From NCBI RefSeq assembly GCF_004010195.1, contig NC_057717.1, forward strand, positions 107,095,474 to 107,122,331: a stretch of 26,858 bases of DNA, given 5' to 3'. Below the pieces are notes generated by a model. It was not told the DNA's origin. It made no database searches and saw only the letters and a list, made by a program, of their open reading frames with translations. Shown one piece after another: positions 1 to 8,750 of this stretch (its first letter is position 1; each line of letters begins with the position of its first letter). The translations under genes were made by a program, and so were the position numbers. Source of the stretch: Chiloscyllium plagiosum (lineage: Eukaryota).

Positions 1-542
1 AATCCCACTAACCTGCTCTCTTCCCATACCCCTGTTTTCATCTTGCAGTTTGCTCCATTCTGTTCAATTTGAGTTGGTAAAAAAGAAGCAGCCCTTCAGA
101 AATCAAAAAAAAGTTTCTTTAAAGCTAACCAGTTATTTAACATTTTCTCTCAGTGATCCGACCGACTTCCCGTGAGTTTAAAGTAAATGTGGAGCATGAA
201 CCACTGGGTAGAGAGCTCCTTCAGAAACTCCAAAACCAAAGGATAGTCCCAAACATCTTCCAAACCTTAAACTCTCATCAAGTATACCTTATGTAAGATG
301 TCACTCAGCTGATTTTTAAAATGATTCTTGTCTTTAAGGTATAAGGAACTTGTGACATTATGGAAAATGTGAGAAACTGTACAATTTTTCAGGAAGTCTA
401 AAAAATGTTCAGCATCCACATTTGAGTAAGTCCCATTATAAATATGGACTTCAAATTAAACCAGGAGAACAGAATGTGAAATATGTGCTTGGAATGTTCA
501 GATTACAAATGCAAGACAAGAATTTTATTTCTGGAGACAATT

Positions 543-690
543 TGCACAGGTTAAATGGATTGGCCAAGGGAAATGTGGGGTTACAGAGATAGGGTAGAGG
601 AGTGGATCTGGGTGGGATGTTCTTTGGAGAGGTGGCATGGAGGGATGGGCTGAATGGCCTACTTCCACACTGTAGGGATTCTACGATTCA
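543..690 (+). mobile_element. 3' half of an HE1-like shark SINE (5'-truncated, diverged)
   Basis: Resembles the reverse complement of the 3' half of the full element at 1838-2151: GGTTAAATGGATTGGCCA...GGGCTGAATGGCCTACTTCCACACTGTAGGGATTCTACGATTC, ending in a CR1-type tail. Confidence 0.7.
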
Positions 691-1204
691 GAGTTATGAT
701 GGGGGGGTGGTGGTGGGGGGGGGGGGTCAGAGGGGAAAGTTGGAGCTAACATTTGGTTCAATATATGAACATTCCTGAGTTGATGAGCCTGACATGTTGT
801 AACTTAGACAGAAGGCAACTTTAATTAAGAAAGATTTGAATACCATTCTAAAAGGGCAGTGATTAAATGTCATCTTTTTAACTGTCTATTGTTCTCATCC
901 AACTATCTTGTCTGTTAAATGAGGTTTTTATCCAGTCACATAATGACATTTTACTCAGTCATACCACAAATGTCACAAAAGCAGCCAGAGGATGATAAAG
1001 AACTGGGGCACTATATGCTCACTTGCTGCTTGGAAGGGTTATGCTATTTACATTGTTAGCCCTTCACACCTTCCCAACCAGTCATAGCAGCTGTTCAGAA
1101 ATTCACTTCAGATGACCAGCCAACTCTACACTTGGAAAGTTGGGGAAATAGAGCAATTAACTGCACCTCAGTGGTTCCTGCCTTTCAGTAGAGGGGGGAT
1201 ACTA

Positions 1205-1837
1205 ATGTGGTGAGTCCAGTTGAGTTTCTGGTCCATGGTAACCCCAAGAATGTTGATCGTGGGGATTCAGTGATGGTAACACTATTGAATGTCAAGAGTC
1301 GATAGATTGTCTCTTATTAAAGATAATACTTGCCTGACATTTGTGTGCCGTGAATATTACTTAAATGTTTTCACATTTGTGACTACTCTGAGATTACTGA
1401 GGCTTGATTTCCATGGCACTATCTCTGTGCAGAAATACCTGTGCAATTTTCCACATTGCTGGTTAGATACCAGTTTTGTCGCTATACTGGAACAGCCTGG
1501 CTAGGGGTTCAGTTAGTTCTGTAGAGCAAACCTTCAGTACTCTGAAGACACCCATTACCTTTGCAGCATTCAATATCTTCAGCTGTTTCTTGATACAATA
1601 TAAAGTGAATCAAGTTGGCTGAAGACTGGCCTCTGTGCTGCTGGGGACTGCTGAGACGGATTACCCACTGGCACTTCTGGCTGAGATCATTATGAATGTT
1701 TTAACCTTTTGCACTGACGTGCAGGGGCTCCCCATCATTAAGAATGTTTGTGGAGCCTTCTCCAATGAGTTGTTTAATTGTCCACTACCATTCACTGGAT
1801 GTGGGTTTGACTGGAGAACTTAGATCCAATATGTTGG
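1205..1837 (-). mobile_element. Decayed, internally deleted non-LTR retrotransposon (CR1/L2-group LINE) fragment
   Basis: Minus-strand translation gives LTFNSVTITESPTINILGVTMDQKLNWTH (~1208-1297; RT C-terminal LGV-x-x-D-x-x-L-x-W motif) and VLKVCSTELTEPLARLFQYS (~1481-1540; segment preceding the RT core). The RT core between them is missing and the frames are broken. Confidence 0.7.
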
Positions 1838-2151
1838 TTAGATTACTTACAGTGTGGAAACAGGCCCTTCGGCCCAACAAGTCCACATCGACCCACCGAA
1901 GCGTAATCCACCCAGACCCATTCCCCTACATTTACCCCTTCACCTAACATTACTGGCAATTTAGCATGGCTAATTCACCTAACCTGCACATCTTTGGATT
2001 GTGGGAGGAAACCGGAGCACCCGGAGGAAACCCACGCAGACACGGGGAGAACGTGCAAACTCCACACAGTCAGTCGCCTGAGGCGGGAATTAAACCCGGG
2101 TGTTTGGCGCTGTGAGGCAGCAGGGCTATCCACTGGGCCACCGTGCCACCC
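1838..2151 (-). mobile_element. Full-length tRNA-derived SINE, HE1/V-SINE type of elasmobranchs
   Basis: Minus strand starts GGGTGGCACGGTGGCCCAGTGG (A box), then GGTTTAATTCC (degenerate B box), the V-domain core TGTGGAGTTTGCACGTTCTCCCCGTGTCTGCGTGGGTTTCCTCCGGGTGCTCCGGTTTCCTCCCACA, and a CR1-like 3' tail GGGCCGAAGGGCCTGTTTCCACACTGTAAGTAATCTAA. Confidence 0.88.
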
Positions 2152-3128
2152 ATGGTTGATTGTGGGATCTCTGATTGTGACATTACAGCACAGGGAGACA
2201 ATGTTGGTGCCCATGGTGCTCAGCACAACAGCAGCTCAAAGAAATATACACATAATGTCCTGAGATATTAAATCTGTTTCTTTTTCCATGCATGCAGCTT
2301 GACTCTGACCTGAATAATTCACATCAGTTTTGTTTTCCTCTCTTGATATTGTCCTGATATCCTCAACCTGCCTAGGACATAAATACAGATTTAGGCTTTC
2401 TTCACAATTTATTACTCTAATCAGCATTTACACTGTGTTAGTTTAGTCTGACATCCTGCTCAAAAACTCAGAGTTGAGCAGCGACTGATATTGTTCCCCT
2501 AAAATGCAGTTTTCCTTTCAAGTCTACAGCAAACCCCTCTCTTCCTCTCTCTTTCACACACACACTCCCTGATTTTCTCTCTATCTGTTGAACTTTCCTT
2601 CATTCTTTCTCTTCCAATCCTTCTCTCGGGCTGCCTGCCACTCCTTGGCTCTACTGAGGAACTCAGTTCCTCTTTATTGATTGTCTGTTTTGCTCTAAAC
2701 TTTTACCTTAGTCTAATTCTCGGTTTTTGACTATCCATCTTTTTCATTGCTTGTTCTATCTATGTTATTTTCACAATGAGCTTTTGAGATTGCATGGCCT
2801 AGTGAAACTATGGGTTACATAATGAACCTAAAATCAGTGCCCTTTGGGCAAGCAATCTTGTGAATCCTGAACCCAGCGAATGAGTCAGGAGGGCACAGTG
2901 ATTGTCTGAATATGAACCGAATGGAAATTGATCCAGAAAACTCAGTGTTTGATGCCATTCCTGCAACTCAGAGCATTTCTGACAGAGGTAATGGTTACTA
3001 TGGATGTAATGGAAATTCAGACTGATACTGACTGAAACATACCAGGAATCCAACTCCATGCAGACTGAGCCGATCTCAGAAAAAAGGTAGTTAATTCTGG
3101 CTGATTTGTAATGGACTGAGAAAACATA

Positions 3129-4015
3129 ACACTGTTGGAGGGTCAGTGCTGAGGGAGTGCCGCACTGTCAGATAGTCAGTGCTGAGGGAGTGTGCTGCAC
3201 TGTCAGAGGGTTAGTGCTGAGGGAGTGCCGCACTGTCAGAGAGTCAGTGCTGAGGGAGTGCCGCACTGTCAGAGAGTCAGTGCTGAGGGAATGGGCACTG
3301 TCAGAGGGTCAGTGCTGAGGGAGTGCCGCACTGTCAGAGGGTCAGTGCTGAGGGAGTGCTGCACTGTCAGAGGGTCAGTGCTGAGGGAGTGCCGCACTGT
3401 CAGAGGGTCAGTGCTGGGGGAGTGCTGCACTGTCAGAGGGTCAGTGCTGGGGGAGTGCTGCACTGTCATAGAGTCAGTGCTGAGGGAGTGCTGCACTGTC
3501 AGAGGGTCAGTGCTGAGAGAGTGCTGCATGTCAGAGGGTCAGTACTGAGGGAACGCAACACTTACAGAGAGTCAGCACTGAGGGAACACTGCACTGTCAG
3601 AGGGTCAATACTGAAGGAGTGCTATACTGTCAAAGAGTCAGTGCTGACGAGTGCCACATTGTTAGAGAGTTAGTTCTGAGGGAGTGCCGCACTGTTGGAG
3701 AGTCAGTGCTGAGGCAGTGCCACACTGTTGGAGGGTCAGTGTGGAGGGAGTGCCTCACTGTTGGAGAGTCAGTGCTGAGGGCGTGCCGCACTGTTGGAGA
3801 GTCAATGCTGAGGGAATGCCTCACTGTTGGAGAGTCAGTGCTGAGCGAGTGCCGCGCTTTTGGAGGGCCAGTGTGGAGGGAGTGCCTCACTGTTGGAGAG
3901 TCAGTGCTAAGGGAATACTGCACTGTCAGAGGGTCAGTACTGAGTAGGTGCTGCACTCTCAGGTGGTCAGTACAGACATTGTGCCACACTGTCGGGGCAT
4001 CTGTGCTGAGGGATC
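3129..4015. repeat. 33-bp minisatellite (CACTGTCAGAGGGTCAGTGCTGAGGGAGTGCYG)n, ~26 copies, degenerating toward the 3' end
   Basis: Head-to-tail repeats visible directly; 11-aa periodicity (HCQRVSAEGVP) in the overlapping ORFs. Confidence 0.95.
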
Positions 4016-4627
4016 ACTGCAATTTTGGAGATGTTACCTGATCACCCTTTGTGAGTGATGAGGGGGTTTTCTGAAAGCCCTGTCCTATTAGTGGGATGGG
4101 GAGGTGTGACCTTTCCTCTGTGAGTATTTCTCCCACTCTGTTTTCCTTCCAATGGAATAGTTCTCATCCCCAGGATCCAGGATCCTGGTGCCTGTCACAG
4201 GAATGCAGTTTGCTTCAGCAATGGAACTGTGTGTGTGGTTTTCGATAACACGAAGGACTGGATGTTTCAGTGAAGTCTCCACTGGAAACTGAAGAAATAA
4301 CCCTCCTAAGAAGAGCTTCAGAGTGTACAGGATAAAAATAGGCAATCATTTTAAACAAAGATTTATGATTATAAATATGACATCAGCTGTCAGGTCTTGA
4401 CATTTGCAATAATAGCAACTCATTGCTTGGCTCTCTAATTTTTAAAGACTTTTCCTTTGAATGCCTTTGATGTACATAATTACTATCTGCTTTGATAATG
4501 TACAACAGAGCTGTGCAGATTTTATTAAACATTTAGTGTGTCTGTCTCCTCACAGGCAGAGACCTTTACGCAGGTTCTGATGCTGATAATAAACCATGAG
4601 CTCCTGCTGTGTATTATGACAGCTCAG

Positions 4628-4670
4628 TAATTACATCTGTTTATCAGATGTGAACAAGGGTTTAAATAGA
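4628..4670 (+). promoter_or_regulatory. Candidate RLN3 proximal promoter: TAATTA, paired E-boxes and TATA-like TTTAAATA
   Basis: TAATTA 4628-4633, CATCTG 4634-4639, CAGATG 4645-4650, TTTAAATAGA 4661-4670 about 155 nt upstream of the ATG. There is no upstream ATG between the TATA-like box and 4823. Motif evidence only. Confidence 0.45.
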
Positions 4671-4822
4671 GTGGACTTCAAGCAAGGCAAGCACAGGCTG
4701 TAACCTCATCCCTGGCATTGGGACTCCTCATTCCTGCTCCTCAATCTCTCTTCTTTAGCTCTCAATTCTCCCCTCACTCCTGCATCCTCAGTATCTCAGG
4801 AATAAGAAGGAAAGTCCACGTC

Positions 4823-4997
4823 ATGCTGAGGTTTTGGTTTACTCTGACCCTCTGGCTGGTCATCTCACAGTTTCAACTGGAGGCTGATGCTCGTAAACCT
4901 GTTCTTGGACTGAAACTGTGTGGGAGAGAGTTTATCCGGGCTGTCATTTTCACCTGTGGAGGCTCCAGATGGAAAAGGACAGGAATAAAGACAGCAG
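4823..4997 (+). CDS. RLN3: Relaxin-3-like preprohormone, coding exon 1 (signal peptide, B-chain, start of C-peptide)
   Basis: MLRFWFTLTLWLVISQFQLEADA (hydrophobic signal), RKPVLGLKLCGREFIRAVIFTCGGSRW (B-chain 4892-4972; LCGREFIRAVIFTCGGSRW is the relaxin-3 signature including RxxxRxxI), KR cleavage site; ends at donor CAG|GTAAGA, phase 1. Confidence 0.95.
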
Positions 4998-5060
4998 GTA
5001 AGAGCTGCCAGGCAAGCCTGTGACACTTAGACCCGCGATAGCACATAGCACTGAGTGGAC

Positions 5061-6378
5061 ATACCAGCAGAGGGTTACCTGCTGGTTACCAGACCCGAGA
5101 GGGTTACCTGCTGGTTACCAGATCCTAGTGGGTTACCTGCTGGTTACCATACCCTAGAGGGTTACCTACTGGTTACCAGACCCGAGAGGGTTAACTGCTG
5201 GTTACCCGATCCTAGTGAGTTACCTGCTGGTTACCAGACCCCAGAGGATATCTGCTGGTTACCATATCCTAGTGGGTTACCTGCTGGTTACTATACCCTA
5301 GAAGGTTACCTGCTGGTTACCAGATCCTAGTGGGTTACCTACTGGTTACCAGACCCGAGAGGGTTAACTGCTGGTTACCTGATCCTAGTGAGTTACCTGC
5401 TGGTTACCAGACCCCAGAGGATTATCTGCTGGTTACCAGATCCTAGTGAGTTACCTGCTGGTTACCAGATCCTAGTGGGTTACCTGCTGGTTATCAGATC
5501 CTAGTGAGTTACCTGCTGGATACCAGACCCCAGAGGGTTATCTGCTGGTTACCAGATCCTAGTGAGTTACCTGCTGGTTACCAGACCCCAGAGGATTATC
5601 TGCTGGTTACCAGATCCTAGTGAGTTACCTGCTGGTTACCAGATCCTAGTGGGTTACCTACTGGTTACCAGACCCGAGAGGGTTAACTGCTGGTTACCCG
5701 ATCCTAGTGAGTTACCTGCTGGTTACCAGATCCTAGTGGGTTACCTACTGGTTACCAGACCCGAGAGGGTTAACTGCTGGTTACCCGATCCTAGTGAGTT
5801 ACCTGCTAGTTACCAGACCCCAGAGGATTATCTGCTGGTTACCAGATCCTAGTGAGTTACCTGCTGGTTACCAAATCCTAGTGGGTTACCTGCTGGTTAC
5901 CATACCCTAGAGGGTTACCTGCTGGTTATCAGATCCTAGTGAGTTACCTGCTGGTTACTATACCCTAGAGGGTTACCTGCTGGTTACCAGATCCTAGTTG
6001 GTTACCTACTGGTTACCAGACCCGAGAGGGTTAACTGCTGGTTACCCGATCCTAGTGAGTTACCTGCTGGTTACCAGACCCCAGAGGACTATCTGCTGGT
6101 TACCAGATCCTAGTGAGTTACCTGCTGGTTACCAGATCCTAGTGGGTTACCTGCTGGATACCAGACCCGAAAGGGTTACCTGCTGGTTACCAGATCCTAG
6201 TGAGTTACCTGCTGGATACCAGACCCCATAGGATTATCTAATGGTTACCAGATCCTAGTGGGTTACCTGCTGGTTACCATACCCTAGAGGGTTACCTGCT
6301 GGTTATCAGATCCTAGTGAGTTACCTGCTGGTTACCATACCCCAGAGGATTATCTGCTGGTTATCAGATCCTAGTGGG
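5061..6378. repeat. 29-bp intronic minisatellite (TTACCTGCTGGTTACCAGATCCTAGTGGG)n, ~45 copies with interspersed variant units
   Basis: Direct tandem repeats; 29-aa (3 x 29 nt) periodicity in the overlapping ORFs. Confidence 0.95.
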
Positions 6379-6633
6379 AAGAATGGAAAGGAGAAGTCAG
6401 CAGGATTCCTAAAGGAGCTGTGATCCTCTCACGCTCTGCCTAGCTGCCTGATGCTTATGTTTGTGTGGGCAGAGTGAAATCTCTGCTGACATGAGAGAGA
6501 AATCAAATGTCCAGTGCTCCCTGCAGCTGAATCCAGAGCCCAGGTGGTTCTCAGTCTGTGCTGTTCCAATGAAGGGAACCAACTGGCACTGCTGGGGGGC
6601 TCAGGGTCTGGATGGGACAGTCAAAGTACATTC

Positions 6634-7000
6634 TTTTTCATTCATTCACTCATTCATTCACAGGATGAGGGCATCGCTGGTTGGACCAGCACTACTGCCC
6701 ATCCCTAATTGCCCATAGAGCAGTTAAGCATCAACCTGATTGCTGTGGGTCTGGAGTCACATGTAGGCCAGACCAGGTAAGGATCAAAGTTTCCTTCCCT
6801 GAAGGACAAAAATGAAGCAGATGGGTTTTTCCATCAATCAGCAATGGTTTTGTGGTCATCATTAGATTCCTGAATCCAGGAATCCAGGAATTTTTATTGA
6901 ATTCAAATGTCACAATCTGCCATGGTGGGATTCTATGCAGGTCCCCAGGACATTACCAGGCTCTCTCTATTAACAGTCCAGTGATAAGCCATCACCTCCC
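6634..7000 (-). mobile_element. tRNA-derived SINE with (TGAA)n tail (second shark SINE family; family name not assigned)
   Basis: Minus strand begins GGGAGGTGATGGC... with a partly deleted A box and decayed B box (TAGAATCCCACCATGGCAG), has a body with GGGAAGGAAAC...CCTTACCTGGTCTGGCCTACATGTGACTCCAGACCCACAGCAAT, and ends in an L2-like (TGAA)n tail seen as TTCATTCATTCACTCATTCATTCA on +. Confidence 0.72.
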
Positions 7001-7700
7001 CGAAATCAGGCAGCACTGCCTCAGAATTGTCAATGTTCAATTGCACACTCACTCCAGGCCCGACAATTGTCAATTCTGCTGTGTCAGGACTGATAGCTGC
7101 AATTGAATTAGGGCTCAAGCCCTCTTCACTGGTCTTTGTGAGTCTGTTATTACAAGTTTCCCACGCTGGGTTTTGTGGGGAGATGAGAGGCTGAGCACTG
7201 AAGTCAGTTCATTGCTGTTTTTGAGACCACACATATTTGATATGGGGTCCATGGAGCAGCACTAATGTTTGTAAATAATCCAAAGAGATTCTCAAATGCC
7301 ACTAGAGGAGAAGAACTGGCTGAACAGAACATCTGAATTAAATTATTGTTCGCTGATCCTGTCTGGAACAAGTACAAATGCCATAGAGTTTTTCTCAAAA
7401 CTCCGGCATAACGAGCAGTAAATTTAGCTGGAGGCCCCTCTCCAAATCATTAGCCAGTGATAAAGCCTGTAGAGAAGAGTCTGTGTATATGTTGAGAAGG
7501 TAAAGTCACCTGTGGTTGAACATTCTATCAGCTCTCACTGTCTGGAATCCTCGATGAATAGCAAGCTCAGCTGAGAGGACGAGTGGTTAGGAATCTGTCA
7601 CTGAGGGTGCGGTGTAGCAAATACATTCCTGCATCTCCCGCTGTTCTCCATACTGATTAAGTTGAGACAAATATCAGCCACGATCTAGGTAGAAGTGGCT

Positions 7701-7818
7701 ACTGCGGATGCTGGAGATTAGAGTCAAGATTAGAGTGGTGCTGGAAAAGACAGCAAGTCAGGAAGCATCCGAGGTCCTGCTCCTCAGATGCTGCCTGACC
7801 TGCTGTGCTTTTCTTAGC
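7701..7818. repeat. Short palindromic interspersed repeat (fold-back element, internally deleted)
   Basis: Arms 7740-7774 (GCTGGAAAAGACAGCAAGTCAGGAAGCATCCGAGG) and 7782-7818 (CCTCAGATGCTGCCTGACCTGCTGTGCTTTTCTTAGC) are imperfect reverse complements around a 7-nt loop. Resembles an abundant shark repeat (recall). Confidence 0.65.
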
Positions 7819-7995
7819 TGAAACAGGCTCAATTCGACATGATCTATTGTCAGAGGTCTTCTGGATGTAGTGGAGATAATTTGAGATCCTAAAGACAGAA
7901 ATTCACTGCAAACCAGTATTTAGTTGATTGGAATGTTTGGACAAGATTTAATGATAAGTTTCTGCTTTGTGGGTTATGGTGTGTTTATCTTCTAG

Positions 7996-8270
7996 ATACC
8001 TCTGGGAACTCCGGCTACTTGGAGAAGATGATGAAAGACACCAATTTCAATGGCTGGGCTCTTTCAGAGGATGTCACCATCTCTGAACCAGAGAGTTGGA
8101 GAGTGCTGGTGGGACTGGGGGGAGAGAGCCGAAGTCGGAGAAGCATTTCTGATGATGTACTGGAGACTTTGAGGAGCACCGTTAGGAAGGGGAGGGATGT
8201 GGTGGTAGGCCTGTCCAGTGCTTGTTGTAAATGGGGTTGCACCAAGAGTGAGATCAGCTCACTCTGTTAG
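7996..8270 (+). CDS. RLN3: Relaxin-3-like preprohormone, coding exon 2 (rest of C-peptide, A-chain)
   Basis: (D)TSGNSGYLEKMMK...RSRRSISDDVLETLRSTVRKGR, then DVVVGLSSACCKWGCTKSEISSLC* (A-chain 8196-8267, CC-x3-C-x8-C insulin-family pattern; human RLN3 A-chain is DVLAGLSSSCCKWGCSKSEISSLC); TAG at 8268-8270. Confidence 0.95.
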
Positions 8271-8435
8271 AGTACACCTCGGCATCATCACCAACCTTCT
8301 GTTCACCTCGACGTACAACAGGAACCTGAAGACTGGGTCGAAATGTGCAAATAGTTCTCCTGCCAAGATCTTAGCCCTCACAAATCTCGAAAGCACAGCA
8401 TAAATATCTGTGCATGATACAAGCACAGTGATCAA

Positions 8436-8441
8436 AATAAA
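8436..8441 (+). terminator. Candidate polyadenylation signal of RLN3
   Basis: First AATAAA after the stop codon (165 nt downstream), followed by GT/T-rich sequence (GGATGTTTTG at ~8463). Confidence 0.55.
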
Positions 8442-8750
8442 GACCAGCAATTTGCAGGAAGCGGATGTTTTGCGAGACAGACATTTATTGAAATGTTTAA
8501 TGCTTTGACTCTAGATTAGCTTTTTTTATTAATTTGCCATCAAACATTCATTGTTTTTATTTAAGGTTTCAGTCATAATCTTAATATGTTCACATCGTGT
8601 TTGTACAGTCTGCGTTTCATAAAAAAAAGCTACAGCATCACTACAACTCAAGTCTTATTTGTCAGTGTTCAGGTGGGAGTAATTTGTTCAGTTTCCACTG
8701 TAATGAAAGAATTATTAACCAGTCTCACTGTTCTGTAGTGCAACAGGATT

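Larger units (their letters stand above)
4998..7995 (+). other. RLN3: RLN3 intron (2998 nt, GT-AG, phase 1, within the C-peptide)
   Basis: Donor GTAAGA at 4998; acceptor TTTATCTTCTAG ending at 7995. The join G|AT gives Asp and keeps the frame into the A-chain. Position matches the usual insulin/relaxin gene structure. Confidence 0.9.

Noticed and set aside
701..736. G-rich tract with G-quadruplex potential
   Set aside because: Simple low-complexity run beside a SINE tail, 4 kb from the gene; no evidence of function and prone to sequencing error.
1975..2263. ORFs of 83 and 89 aa, or a tRNA gene
   Set aside because: They lie within the SINE; the tRNA-like head has a degenerate B box and continues into SINE body.
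4718..4822. 35-aa N-terminal extension of RLN3 in the ORF track
   Set aside because: Starts at TTG; the ATG at 4823 has a purine at -3 and directly begins a normal signal peptide.
7000..7200. Possible further transposon fragment (minus-strand ORF 6933-7118)
   Set aside because: No motif I can assign with confidence; needs a Dfam/Repbase search.
8019..8270. Stand-alone 83-aa ORF
   Set aside because: It is exon 2 of RLN3; the frame opens at the acceptor at 7996.
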